Assembly (NCBI GenBank): GCA_951406725.2
Contig: OX597814.1
Location: 152,582,001 to 152,646,000 of the forward strand
Source: Octopus vulgaris
Taxonomy: Eukaryota
DNA length: 64,000 bases
Reading direction: 5' to 3'
Shown one piece after another: positions 25,283 to 39,334 of this stretch. A program made the translations under genes and the position numbers. Below the pieces are notes generated by a model that had not been told where the DNA came from, made no database searches, and saw only the letters and a program-made list of their open reading frames with translations. Position 1 is the stretch's first letter. Each line of letters starts with the position of its first letter.

Positions 25283-27115
25283 TAAGACAGTGAGTTGGCA
25301 GAATCATTAGCATGCTGGATGAAATGCTTAGCAGTATTTTACCCATCGCCACATTCTGACATCAAATTCTGCTGCAGTCGACTTCGCCTTTCATCCTTTC
25401 AGGGTCAATAAAATAAGTACCAGTTGAACACTGGGGTCGATGTAATCAACACAACCCCTCCCCAAAATGGCTGCCCTTGTGGAAAAATTTGAAACCATTA
25501 TTATTATTATCAAGGCAGTGAGCAGGCAGAATCATTAGCATGATGGGCAAAATGCTTAGTGGCATTTCATCCGTCCATATGTTCTGAGTTCAAGTTCTGC
25601 CAAGGTTGACTTTGCCCTTTCATCTTTTCGAGGTGCATAAAATGAGTACCAGTTGAGTACTGGGGTCGATGCAATCGATTTATCCCCTCACTCAAATTTC
25701 ATGCCTTGTGTCTATAGTAGGAAGGATTATTATTATTATTATTATTTTATTTGTCTGGTAGCTGTAGTGAAAGAGGTAGTGTGGTGGACTTATTTGAAAG
25801 GGCTAAAGTCAGACACTTTCCTCTTTGGTCAAGCCCTCATCAACCCTTCAAGTAAGGGTGGAGAAGGAAGTGTTGCTTTCTAGCAAGTTTATTGAAAAAT
25901 TGGTGAATGTTGGAAGAATGGTCAGTGTGGAAGGACAATTCTGAGTATACACCTGTAAAACTAAAAGAAGAGCTCTGGCCCTGTTGGTCAGGCACCCGTG
26001 GCTTTTGTGGGTTTTTCCTCAAGTAGCCTTAAAGTGCCTCCTCCTACTGGGAGTTTTGTGTGATTTTTCTTTGTTATTTTATTTACACATTCTAAACCCT
26101 TTGCATTGTCCTGTTTTGTCATTTCATGTTGCTTTTATGTTAGCCCTTGTGGCCAATAAAAGAATAAATTATTATTAATGATAATAATGTGGTGGTCCCA
26201 TAGGGGAACGATGCTACTATTGTTTATAGCCCCAGGAAGACATCTCCTCAAGCTGGCTAACAACACACTGTCTGATTAGTATTTGCAAAGGGAAATCATC
26301 GTTCCCATCTTTAGCCTTACGTGATACCCGGGTTTCTGGATAGTAACTTATCATCAGTGTGTGATAATCACTAGCTAGCGATGAGAACTCATTCCAAACG
26401 CAAAATACTATATGCTTTTTTCAATGACAAACAGTCACTGATCTCGAATTATTGTTATCATTATTATTATTATCATTATTATCATTGTTATTATTAAGGC
26501 AGTGAGCTGGCAGAATCGTTAGCATGCTGGGCTATATGCTTAGCGGTATTTTGTCTGTCGCTAATGTTTTGAGTTCAAATTCTGCCGAAGTCGACTTTGC
26601 CTTTCATCCTTTCGGGGTCAATAAATTAAGTACCAGTTGCATACTGGAGTTGATCTAATCGACTAGCCCCCTCCCCAAAAATTTCAGGCCTTGTGCCTAG
26701 TAGAAAAGATTATTATTATTATTATTACTACTAAGGTGATGAACAGGCAGTCATTAGCATGCCAGGCAAAATGCTTAACAGCATTTTGTCTGTCTCTACA
26801 TTCTGCGTTCAAATTCCGCCATGGATGACTTTACCTTTCATCCTTTCGGGGTTGATGAAATAAGTACTAATTGAATACAGGGGGTCGATGTAATCAACTT
26901 GTCCCCTTCCCCAAAAATTTCAGGCCTTATGCCTTTATTAGAAAGAATTATTATTATTATTAATATAATTATTACTATTAAGGCAGTAAGCTAGCAGAAT
27001 AGTTAGCATGCTGGGCAAAATGCTTAGTGGTAGTTCATTCACCAAGGTCAACTTTACCTTTCATCCTTTCAGGGTTGACAAAATAAGTATCAGTTGAGCA
27101 CTGGGGTCGAGGCAA
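25283..27115 (+). mobile_element. Cluster of ~5 tRNA-derived Nin/Deu-domain-like SINEs
   Basis: Repeats of ggcagtgagctggcagaatc..gttcaaat..gcctttcatcctttcggggtc.ataaa..aagtaccag separated by (TAT)n. Confidence 0.75.
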
Positions 27116-27334
27116 GCAACTTAACAACTTCTAGATATGAGAATAAAAAACTGCATTCCTCTGTCAAACCATATCGAGTCAGTATGGTAGAGTAGACTCA
27201 TCAAACTGGTATGATCTCAAGCTCAAATCTTACGGCCTACACATCAGACCGTGGTTGGTGATGCCATTGTCTTGCAGTGGATTGATTATAGGTAATCAAA
27301 CACAATCCAATAATTAAGGCTGGGATGTATAATG

Positions 27335-27764
27335 ACATGCTGGATTAACTATTAAGCAAAATAAACACATGCTTAGGGCATCAAGAGAAGGAGGGGGACA
27401 CAACAGAAATGGTAAATGGTTTACAGCACAAAAGAAATCACTTTAAACTTGCTAAAATAATATTCGGGATGCCTTTATCTCTACTGATAAGTATAGATGC
27501 AGATGTGTTACCTAAGATTAATTTTGATGATCTGATCAAAGACACAGCAATTCAAAAAAGTAGAAGGAAACTTTCCAAATATAAATAAAGTGGAAGTATA
27601 CAAAAAGAAACATTATTTTCCCTCTTACTGTTTTGTTTCACTTTGAAAAATAGAAATTTATTTTATGCTTTGTTATTGTTTATATTTTAAATTACATAAT
27701 CTTTTATAGAGGCACCAAAATCTTTTAAGTGCTTAGGGCCTCAATGGGTCTTAATCCAGCCCTG
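27335..27764 (+). mobile_element. hAT deletion derivative
   Basis: Perfect 8-bp TSD gtataatg; TIR gctggattaa / ttaatccagccctg; dimerisation-domain remnant ISIDADVLPKINFDDLIKDTAIQKSRRK. Confidence 0.8.
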
Positions 27765-29551
27765 GTATAATGTATCAGTTTTGGGCATCTTGTCTGTTAT
27801 GTTATTATCAAAGTGCCCTTTCTTTGTTACCCTCTCATCTGTCACTCACCTTCACCTTCTCTTCTATTCACTGCACCATTCTGCTAGTGTAATAAAATAT
27901 ATCATTAGATCAGTCCACATGCAATTTTCTCTTTATCCTTCTCATCATGGTGCCTATGTAACTGAAGAATAACATTAGATCTGTCTGTTTTCAATACCTC
28001 CTACCATCACCCTTGTCATTCTCATTATACATATATACATATATATATTAACGAATTTTTCCACCGTCTAGGCTCAAAAAAAGCCTTTATTGTTGGTTTC
28101 CCAGTCCTGTTTTTATTCTTTATTTGTACTGTTTTTTTTCTTCATTTGTATTGCTTTTACATCCTGTTCTTTTCACTTTTTTTACCCCTCTGCAAAATAA
28201 TTTTATTTAATTCATTTTGCAGGAAGGACTGCTTCGGCCAGATCATGTTCTGCCCTTACCTTCAAAACACACATTGAGTCGAAACAGGGGCAGCTGATGA
28301 AGGGGAATATTCCTTGTATTGTTTGTCTTGTACTCTGTTTTTTCGTTGTTAAAAAAAGTCTGTTTCCTTGTTTGATTTTATGTTTTCATTTCTCGTTGTG
28401 TTCTACATTTATTTGTGGTGTCCTGTACTCATATATGCATGTATATATATACATATAGATGTAGGTGTGCACATATATGTATGTATGTATGCATATGTTT
28501 TATTTATTAAATTGTTATTATATATATATATCCTATATGATCTCTCTGACCATCCTTCACCACTAATACTAACCATCACTCACTCTCATTTCCTTTTCTC
28601 TTTATCATTTCTTTGTCACACCTCTTACTCTGTCTTTCCCTTTCATGCAACTCATACTGTTTCTCTACTCAATCATATTACCAGCAAATAGCATGTATCT
28701 ACAACCATTATCTCTTCATGACTATATCAGCTTTCAAACTCTTCCCCCCACCTACTCATATAATAATGGCGGTGGTGTTAGTGACAATGATTTTCTGGTC
28801 TTTCACCCCCTCACTTTGGTTCTCTTTGTCATCACTCATTCCTCTATTCACTTTTTCACACATCTGTTACAAATGGAGACATTTTCCCAAAGTTCCAAGC
28901 AGTGGGACTCAACCCAGAATTATGTGGTTGGGAAGCAAGTTTCTTACCACACAGACATGCCTGCACCTACATTCACTTTTCAATTATATCTTAATATTAC
29001 AGTCATGAGGTTTCAAAAAAATTTGAGGTACACTTCTGCAGCCTGGTCACTGACACAATTCCATCACGTTTGTTGAAAATCAGTTTCTGACAAGTTTTTA
29101 TAACCCTGAGTGGAGGGGAGTCTCCTTGCCTTTCTGTTCTTTTTCATTTTATCCTTTCTCAACTCTTTTTTTTTTTTCTTTTCATACTTCAGCTTAAAGT
29201 ATGTTACTTTAAAATTATACTCTTTGACTTATCTTGTTTTACAGTGAACTTTAGACTTGTGAATCTTCTATAGTTTCTGTCTGAACTTTCGACATACCAT
29301 TAGTCACTTTCCAATTCAAGTCTCAATTCACTCTCTCTATCTGCATTTATACATATTTATTTATTTATTTATTCACTTCATTGAAATTATTTCTCTTTTT
29401 TTCCATAGTTACTACTTAAGGTGAAATGATACAAAGAATAAAAACTACCTAAATTAAAAAGAAAAGACATATATATATATATATATATATATATTTTACG
29501 GAGATGTACTTGCATAGCAAGTGACCTGATCTGAGATTGTGTGCTGGAACG

Positions 29552-29812
29552 AAAACAATTGCAGTGTGGAAGGTGTTTATAAGCCATTTAAGAAACACAC
29601 AAAAAACATTAGATTCACTTCAACATTTAAATTTAATTTGTTAAAATATTTTCGTTGCTTTGAGACCACGTCCTGTTCACTGACAAAATTCCGTGATGCA
29701 CGGAGTTTTGTCAGTGAACAGGTCGCGGTCTCAAAGTGAATCTAAAGTGAATCTAACAGTTTTTGTGTGTTTCTTAAATGGCTTATAAACACCTTCCACA
29801 CTGCAATTGTTT
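29552..29812. repeat. Long fold-back inverted repeat
   Basis: ~68-bp outer arms and ~38-bp inner arms around a 3-nt loop; single-arm copy at ~58985-59120. Confidence 0.9.
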
Positions 29813-31827
29813 ATATATATATATATATATATTCACATGCATAAAATTGATTTAAGGAAGGAGGGAATATATGCACTTCTTGCATATGGTGAATTGGTGT
29901 TACTTCATTTGAGATTGCAAACGAGGCTAGTTTAGTAACTTCATGGAATGAAGAAGTCATCATGTTCTTAAACTTTTTCATTGTACGCTCAAATTGGGAG
30001 GTCTTAAAGCAAAATTTGATTAACAGCTCAACCAGGAGATGTACCTTGCACACTGAAGCTTGACTGAATCAGTGACACCTAAGAATAGACTGGATAACTG
30101 CCAAAAGACAACATGCAGGACAATATGTGTTAGCATCCCATCCATACGTGACAACTTGCTGGGGCTGCCTGCTGGAGCTTAGCAGTATGTATTTAAAAGG
30201 AAATTTGATGAGACAGTCAGTCGCCTGCTGACACTTGTTGATGCTACATCGAAGAAGCCAGGGAACAGAAGAAAGAAGACATGCACCCAACACCAGAGCT
30301 GAAGAAACCTCTGGAAGAGGGGGGCGCCACATCAAAACAGTAGAGGAGTAGGGGCCAAAACCGGACGTGGTTTCTCCTGATGATGTCTTGAGCTAACTGG
30401 ATTCTATAAAGGAGCTGTTGTGGAAGCAGACCACGAAACACGGTTGAAATTCCTTCCCTGTGAAAAAGAAACCCAGTGAACTACCACAACAACTTCAGAT
30501 ATATATCCCTAGGAAATCCCAAAAAGTGGGGAGGATGAAATCTCCAGAGGATAGATCATACTTAACAACCCCTGCTAATGATTACATTACAGTATGTTGC
30601 AATCAATTGTGCAAGAATTATCAAGGTTTTAAATCCATCAAGTCAAAGTGAAACGCATGGAGCGAGAGAACAAGATGTAGTGCACTGGCCTTTAGCCTCC
30701 TGAAACACAGGAAGAGCCCAATTTCTTCATACATCACCATCTCCTAATCTCAGCAGCAGTGAATTAAGTGGGCTCTCAGCTTCCTTCCAACAAGAATAAA
30801 CAGCTGCAGTTTGATACAGATGTCAATGATATCTTTGAAGTCTCAACTAAAGGAGATGCAAACAGTCAACTCCATAAATGATTGTTGTCACTGTCAGCTA
30901 TGGTTCAGAAAGATTTACTCAGGCATTATAGACTAACACTGGTAGAAGTTTCAAACCCTCAAAACGCAGTTTAGGATTTCCACTGAAGTAGAGAGAAAAA
31001 AAGCCTTAGGTGACCTGAGGAGCATCTTAAGGAAAAAATCTTATGACCCTTCTCAGAGCAAAGTGACACAGGGGAAGGGAAAAAGAGAGACTTAGGAACA
31101 GAACTGCCTGTGCTGCCAATCTCTTTGGTTTTACAAACTGATCACTAGGAATTAGACACACTAACAGTCTAATGTGCTCAATTGAGAAAGTTCATGTGTT
31201 ACTCAATGACACTCTGAGTAGCTCCAGTGTAAGAAAAAGAGTTGAACCCATTAAAATCTCATCTAAGTTTGAGAGGGGGTCACCAAAGCAGCATGCTCTG
31301 CATCTGCTACAGGCCCCAGTAGTGTGTCCTATTTAACATACAAGCAATGCTCATGGTAGATTTAGCAAATGTAGATATGGCAAATGGGGAGAATTGCTGA
31401 TCAGTAGGGATGTAGCAACCATTTGGTTTCCCAAAAAGGAAAACTCCTAGAATATCAATTTCAATATATCCTGTCCACTTTGATCTAAAGAAGTGCCTTA
31501 GAACATCTCAGTAGCTACCAAAGCCTTTAGAGAAAACCATTGTCATAACCAGATGCTCAAGGTGGTTATTGAGAGCTTAGCCATTATCCTAGAATCCGAC
31601 AAACCAGACACTTGTACATTGTTGTCATCTGAGTAATATACAATTCAGTCAATTTCAATACTAACTGTCGAAGGGAAGGTGTTTTGCAGCATTGTTCTCC
31701 ATAGACTGACATCAAGCCTTCAGAACAGAAGGGTGGGTTTCTTGGTATTTCAGGTTACTTGGAGTAATGTAATTACACAGTTTATCAGAGAAGCCTATGA
31801 GAACAGCGGTAACCCAGTCATACTATG

Positions 31828-32017
31828 TATTTCTTTACTACCCACAAGGGGCTAAACACAGAGGGGACAAACAAGGACAGACAAACAGATTAAGTCGATT
31901 ATATCGACCCCAGTGCGTAACTGGTACTTAATTTATCGACCCCGAAAGGATGAAAGGCAAAGTCGACCTCGGCAGGATTTGAACTCAGAACGTAAGGACA
32001 GACGAAATACGGCTACG
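31828..32017 (-). mobile_element. Nin-type SINE inserted in the HERO-like element
   Basis: 13-bp TSD cagtcatactatg (31815-31827, 32018-32030). Confidence 0.85.
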
Positions 32018-32672
32018 CAGTCATACTATGGATGGACTAAATGTTTATGGGTTCAAACAACACAGACTGGTTGAGCTTACATTGCACCAACACTCTGTTC
32101 CCAATAAAGTCAAGGACTTGATCCCAGGTTACTACAATAATTGCAGGCCAAGAATCACTTCTGGCTCAGAAATGACTGATACTGGTTTGAAAAAAGAATA
32201 ACAGGTACCCATCTTCATTATTCTTTATACCCTTATCATGAAGATGGTAGCCAAATGAGTCAAAAGAAAAGGTAGAAGTGTGTTAACCTTACCATCACAA
32301 CAACATCAATGGAAAGAACCTACAAGGATATGAGAAACTCATCGCCTGGACAAGGTTGACTTGCTAAATCAAGGTCCATGGTGCTGAAGAAGACAAAGGT
32401 GGTCATCAAAATCCATTTCTCAATATCTGCAATTGAACTCTCCTCCATTACAGAGTGATCAGTCATTAGTCAGGAGAAGCACTTCTCTGCAATTTCAAAT
32501 ATTTAAGAAAGTCCTTGAGACTTAACTCCCTAAAGTTGGCAAGTCAGGATTGACTGCCAGATTCAAGTCTTGAATGTATCAACATTCTATCTTGTCTCCA
32601 AGTCTTATGGCATATACTGGTTTACATGGTTCCATTAGCAATAGCCGAGTCCCTCACAAGAAAGATTACTGG

Positions 32673-32919
32673 ATTAAGGTGGTGAGCTGGATTAAGGCGG
32701 TGAGCTGGATTAAGCTAGGCGAAATGCTTAGCGGTATTTCATCTGCCATTACGTTCTGAGTTCAAATTCTGCTGAGGTCGACTTTGCCTTTCATTCTTTA
32801 GGGGTCGATAAATTAAGTACCAGTTACGCACTGGGGTCGATGTAATCGACTTAATCCCTTTGTCTGTCCTTGCTTGTTCCCTCTATGTTTAGCCCCTTGT
32901 GGGCAATAAAGAAATAAGG
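32673..32919 (+). mobile_element. Nin-type SINE inserted in the HERO-like element
   Basis: 11-bp TSD aagattactgg; 5' end shows tandem attaaggYggtgagctgg copies. Confidence 0.85.
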
Positions 32920-34259
32920 AAGATTACTGGCTTTCAGTATACATAGCTGGGGTTTCCCCACAGCCTCACCACCAGTGATGTCTTGTAGCTCCTACACAAA
33001 GGCCTCACTAGAGAGTTTAAGATAACACAAACAATATATGGTACAAGGACTCCAAGGACCAGAAAGTGTCATTTAGCTAGAATCAAGGTGAAAACTAGGA
33101 GGAAATGGAAGGCAGAGAAAATAGTACAAGTGGCAGAGCCATACCTATGGCAAAGGAAGCTGGCAGAAAGGAATTAGGGTACTTCCCATATCCTCTGATT
33201 AACAAGGCCCACAGAAGGAAGAGCAGGTGACCAGAATAGTGAGATTCAGACAACAGGGTGTATGGACAAGGTGGGAGATCATGTGGTAACACAAGGATAC
33301 ATAGTCAAATATGCAAGCAGATTTCTATCATATCCAGTTCTGGGTCCAGAATGTCTATGATGCCCTGCTATATCCTGCTCATCCTTGCATCCGGAGTAAG
33401 TGCAAGACACCAACCTGTCCACTTTGATCTAAAGAAGTTCCTTAGAACATCTCAGTATCTGCACAAAGCCTTTAGAGAAAACCATTGTCATAACCAGATG
33501 CTCAAGGTGGTTATTGAGAGCTTAGCCATTATCCTAGAATCCGACCAACCAGACACCTGTACATTGTTGTCATCTGAGTAATATACACTCAGAATGATGC
33601 ATAATTACTGATATCAATTTCTTAAATATACACTGACTATAACACTAGAATGGTAATATACCCTGGTCCTATATACTCTAATTGCAACCTGTTTGTAGGT
33701 TGATAGCATCAGAAGTTTTTCAGCTTTGCATGTTCTTTTCTTCAATCCACCTGTATCAGCTGCTGTATTATCATCAGGGCTTTTAACTGTGTATGATACT
33801 TCTGTAGTGTCAGCATAGCTAGAAAGACCAACTGTATGAATGAGAACACATCTTAAAGAAATACTACAAACAGTAGTGGTCTCAGTACAGTTCCCTGGAG
33901 GACAATGCTAAGAACTGATGCCTCCTCAGAAAGAGCAGCATTAGCTGCAACTGTTTGATTCCTACTTATTAATAAGCCATGCAGAAACTGCCCTAGTTTT
34001 CCAACTATGCTGAGGTCAAACAGTTTGTGACATGTTATTCCATAATCAACTTTAGCGAAAGCTTTAGCAAAATCATTATCATCATCGTCTAATGTCCATT
34101 TTCAATGCTGGCATGGGTTAGATGGTTTGACTGAGGTCTGGAGAGCCAGCGGCTACACCAGGCTCTAATTTGATCTGGCAATATTTCTACAGCTGCATGC
34201 CCTTCCTAATGCCAGCCACTCTGAGAGTGTAGTAGGTGCTTTTTAGACATGTAAAGATT

Positions 34260-36170
34260 GGAAGCAAAAAGATACGCAAGAAAGGACTACAACAATGGTA
34301 ACAGAGAAAATAAAAATAGTTAGAAGAGAAGCTAGACAAGTCTATCTAGCAAGGGGGAAAGCATAAAGAAAAACATTTGCCAATATTCAATGGTGTGATG
34401 ACCAAAGGCATGATGTGTTTTGGATTGGAAGACAGTGCATGGGAAAAAAAGCAGAAAAAGCCATTATAGTTGACAACAGTATAATAGATAAAGCAATTAT
34501 GGATATGGAGAGAGAGAAGGCCCCTGCTTCATCAGGAATTACTGCTGAGATGCTTAAAATATCAGGTGGAGTGGGATATGGATTGGCCACCCATATAGTT
34601 AATCAGCTAGATCAAAAAGAAATATCTAACGAGTGGTGTAGCAAGACTATAGTCAACTGTTACAAGGGTAAATGAGATGTCTTAGAGAGACGCAATTGTA
34701 TAGGTAGCAAATTGCTGGACCAGGTTATGAAAGTTATAGAAAGAGTTATAACTCAACTAATTATGAACAGAGCAAGCCTAGATGAGATATAGTTTGGTTT
34801 TGTGCTCAGGTGAAGCACTACTTATGCTATCATTCTAGGAAGGCAACTGAGGTGAAGTAGCCAAAATTAAACTACTGTACTTGGCATTCATTGACATGTA
34901 GAAAGCTTTGACAGGTATTGCTCTGTCATCTGGTGGTCATTGTAGAAGTTAAGGTAGACAAATGGCTGGTAAAAGCCATCCAAGCCATATAGAAGGTGAG
35001 AGTAAGCAGTGAATACAGTAACAAATTTAGTGGAAATTCCTCTATGCAGATGATCTTGTTTATATAGCTGACTCTATAGTAGAATTAGAAAAAAAATTAC
35101 AGGTATTGACACAAAACCTGGAATCAAAGGACCTTAAAGCAAACTTAGTATAAACCAAAGCTCTAGTAAGCAGAAAAACAAACCATTAATCTCTTCCGGA
35201 AAATAGCCCTGTAGAAAAGCTATTGGTAAAAATTCCATACAGTGTACCCAGTGCAAATTGTGGACATTTTACAGTGGAATCACAGGAAAGTTAATAAAGA
35301 AAGTAGGCTGCACATTGTACATATGTAAGAGCAATATACAATAAGAACACACCAAAAATAGATTTCCTTGAACTTCCAGGAGGGTTCTTACAGGTAGTAG
35401 ATTGTTTCAGTAACCTAAATGACCTAATTAGCAGTAGAGGAGGATGCTACAAAAGCACAGTTGCTAGGGATAGTTCAGAGGGTTACTAACCTCTGTTGCT
35501 AACAAAAGGTCTCTCTTAGATTGAAAGGCAGATTGTATGATGCTTGTGTACAAAGAACAATGCTACATGGTAGTGAAACATGGGCCATAAATGCAGAGGG
35601 CATGCAAAGGCAAGACAGCAATGAAGCTATCATGTTCTGATAATTGTGTAGCATCAGTGTACGTGTAAAACAAAATCCAAATGTGTTGAGAGTAAAATTG
35701 GATATAAGCGGCATCAGATGTATTGTGCAAGAAAGAAAACAGCACTGATAGAGGCATGTGATGCATATGGATGTGAACAGTTGCACAAGGCATTGCTAAT
35801 CACAAAATATGGCCAGAACCTGTGGAAGAGAGAGACCAAGGAGGATGTGGGACAAAGAATTACAGGTAAGCTCACCACCACCAATTCATCATAGGAGAGT
35901 TCACTGCCATCCATTTACCATAAGGGAACTTTACCAAGAAAATATATCCATAATATCTCAGCATTAAACTATTTAAAATAATAAAAACTTTTAATACTAT
36001 TTTATTGAAAAACTGAATCAGTGGACATTCTTCGCAGTGAACTGATGACAGTGAACTTACCAGACATAAAGACAAAGTAGTGAAGAATGACCTCCAGATG
36101 TTGAACCTCACAGAGATGTAGACCAATGATAGATGATTTGCTATGCTCAAGACAACCTGTCCATCTCAGG
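34260..36170 (+). mobile_element. Decayed RTE-clade LINE (RT and C-terminus)
   Basis: KAPASSGITAEMLK, YKGK.D, FGF...ST, LAFID..KA.D, LYADDLV, LHGSETW motifs with stops. Confidence 0.85.
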
Positions 36171-37129
36171 GAAAATGAGGCTCTAAATGCACACCATTTA
36201 TGCCTATGCTCCTGCACTAAATCTCCCTGATGAGCCTCTTCCCCACAACTCATCTTCCTAATACCTACCCCTCCATCACTCTCCTGACTAAGGCACTGTC
36301 CACTCACCTGCTGTAATTACATGAGAGCAGAAGTGCATATATTTCAATCCCCACTTTTGTGCTACCACTCACCCTCCCTGGAACCACTTCTTACGTCTCC
36401 TGCATTCTCAGTATCATCCCTTACCACCTTAATTTCCACTGAACACTCCTTTCACTTCCTCTTCTCATCTCTTAAAAGCAGCCCTGCTATCTCTGTTTGT
36501 CACCCACTATTTCCACCCCTATGTACCTCAGACCTTGTCCCTGGAACTGTGCATCTTTCTACACCCCACCCACCACACACTTCACATCATCTGTGCTGTT
36601 ATCTATTATAACTGTGACCCATTATTATTTCCTCCATCTCCACCACCACCCCAAAAAAACATGTATTTGCAAATTATTACACCACTTGTGTGCACCATTT
36701 ACTGTATTCATCTCTGTCCATCTGCCACCCTACTTCCACACTCATATGAACTTACCTACACATTCACTTGGTCCAACCTTCTGGACTACTTCTGCCATAT
36801 ATCATCTTCCAATAACTAGGGGATATGCCTACACCTCTTCACTGCTATCTTTTCTCTTTTGCTAACTGGGACCACATATCTCCTGTACAGCAAGACACAT
36901 GTTCCTGTACCTCTATCATACTTTATCCTTTAATCACCTAGTATAAGGCCACCTCCCTCAATACTCCACCCCACTCAGTTGAGGGGTCATACCTTGAGAG
37001 TTGCTTGCAGTCATTAGGGCTTGGTACAGTCCTCTGGCCCATTAGCTCCTGATGTACTGTCCAACCCATGCCAGCATGGAAAACGGACGTTAAATGTCGA
37101 TGATGATAACATATATATATGTCTGCATG

Positions 37130-37135
37130 TATATA

Positions 37136-37183
<48 letters not shown>

Positions 37184-37334
37184 ATGCATGCATGTATGTA
37201 TGTATGTATGTATGTATATATATATATATATGCATGTAATATATATAGATATATATATGCATGTAATATATATAGATATATAGATATATATATGCATGTA
37301 TATATATATATATATATAGATATATATATGCATG

Positions 37335-37407
<73 letters not shown>

Positions 37408-37440
37408 TGTATTATTATATATATATATATATATATATGC

Positions 37441-37485
<45 letters not shown>

Positions 37486-37625
37486 TGCATGTTTTATATA
37501 TATATATACATATATATATATAGGCATGTTATATATATATAGTTGGAATTTACAAAAAGAAAAACAAAAGACGAAGACAGGTGTCTAAACAACAAACAGG
37601 TGTATTAGTTTAATGTGTGTGTGTG

Positions 37626-37676
<51 letters not shown>

Positions 37677-37830
37677 TCTGCGTGTAATATATGTGTGTGT
37701 GTATGTACGTATTATGTATGTATGAATGCATATATAAATACATATATAAATACGAATAAATACATACGCAAATGTATATACGTAAATATGTGTGTACACA
37801 TACATACGTACAAGTGTGTGTGTGTGTAGA
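37130..37830. repeat. Compound (TA)n/(TG)n microsatellite with ATGCATGT interruptions
   Basis: Directly visible. Confidence 0.95.
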
Positions 37831-39334
37831 TAATTATTATTCTGATTAGGATATGATAAAAATATATCGGTGAAACCTTATTGCAATAATGTGCCAACCT
37901 TGCATCTAAATCATCATATTCGATGTTGATCTGGGGGAACTTTGCTAATGGCTGCCCTCAGTAAAACACTTGGCTTTTTTTTTTTAAATAATACTACAGA
38001 TTTGTAACCTTACTTTACATATTTAAACACGATTTATATCCCATTCTAATATCTTACGATGATATTGCGTATTGCTATAGATGAAACGAACACGATTTCA
38101 ATGATGGAGGAGTATAAACATTTTACGACGTTTCTATTATTTTTTACTGACAACATAGAATTGTTTATGTCGTTCTCAGAACGATATAAAAATAGTCAAT
38201 TAGAGATACGTACATACATATTCATACATACACATACAAATATATATATATACACACATGTGTGTGTATGTGTGTATGCATACATGTTAGGGTTTACAAA
38301 TGAAAGAAAGCATATATATGTGGCGTGTGTGTGTATACATATATACGTACGTACATACATACACACACAGGCTTTCATTTGTGAATCCTAGCATGAGTTA
38401 TATACGCATAAATATATGTATGTGTGTGTGTGTGTGTGTGTGTAATTATACGTATATCTTCAGGTAAAGATTTATAAACGAGAGAAAGCGTGTATGATAC
38501 GCTTTCTCTAATTTATAAATATTAACGTGAAATTAGACGTATAATATACATACATCAGTATGCATATTTATACATACGTATATAAGTATAGGTACGCATA
38601 TTTATACATATAGTCATGTAAGGATTTACATATGAGAAAATGCTAGTGTATGTATGTATGCGTGTATAAATAAAGTACGGTATGTAAAAATTGCGTGCGT
38701 GTATATAATTGTTTATATCGTTGTATGAATCTGTGAATCGTTTATGGACTGTTGAGCAAACAGGTTGTTTATTTATTCTTCTGTTTTGCCAAAAAAAGAA
38801 ATAAAAGGCTATTTAATTAATAATTAATTATTGCAAAAACCGCCCTGACGTTTATTATCAGGAACCTTAATACTGATACCAAATAACAAACATAAACATC
38901 TAGTACAATCCATGTTTGCGAAATGAGTTGATTATGTTTTAGGCGTGTGTGTACGTGTGTGTGTGTGTGCCTTTTTTCTGGAATGACTCAGTCTTGAATT
39001 TAAAAACAAGTGAAACCATTTTAACTATCAACAAAATAACGATTCTGCAACAATATACTGCAGAACCTCACATATGTAATCTAATGATCTGAAAAACAAG
39101 AATTTCTTTATGTCTAAATTAAGGTGATGAAGAAATAAGCGAACTTTAGACAACTCTAATTATCGAACTAAAACGAGATCTAACAAGTTCGTTCGGATGA
39201 GGTGAGATGTTTTAAGGATAACAATTCTTAAACGAAACAGAGAGAAATATTAACTTCGTGAATCACAAAAAATAATTAACAATAAAAGACTAAATTTTTG
39301 AGTGCATGAAATTCCTTTTTCATCTTTAACTAAC

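Larger units (their letters stand above)
30050..33590 (+). mobile_element. Decayed HERO-like RLE non-LTR retrotransposon
   Basis: Broken motifs QF.SISILTVEGKVF, QKGG..G.SG.LE, IREA.EN.G, QG.WTRWE and the CPL....SLEH.L...KAL....HNQMLKV zinc knuckle; many stops and frameshifts. Confidence 0.7.

Noticed and set aside
25283-27115. Regularly spaced repeats resembling a CRISPR or tRNA array
   Set aside because: Eukaryotic context; units are ~220-bp diverged SINEs without unique spacers or a full cloverleaf
28368-29076. Overlapping ORFs of 107-143 aa
   Set aside because: Low-complexity and SINE-derived sequence with no splice or homology support
36938-37897. Long ORFs of 130-164 aa (YIYI.. / CVCV..)
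   Set aside because: Translations of (TA)n/(TG)n microsatellites that lack stop codons
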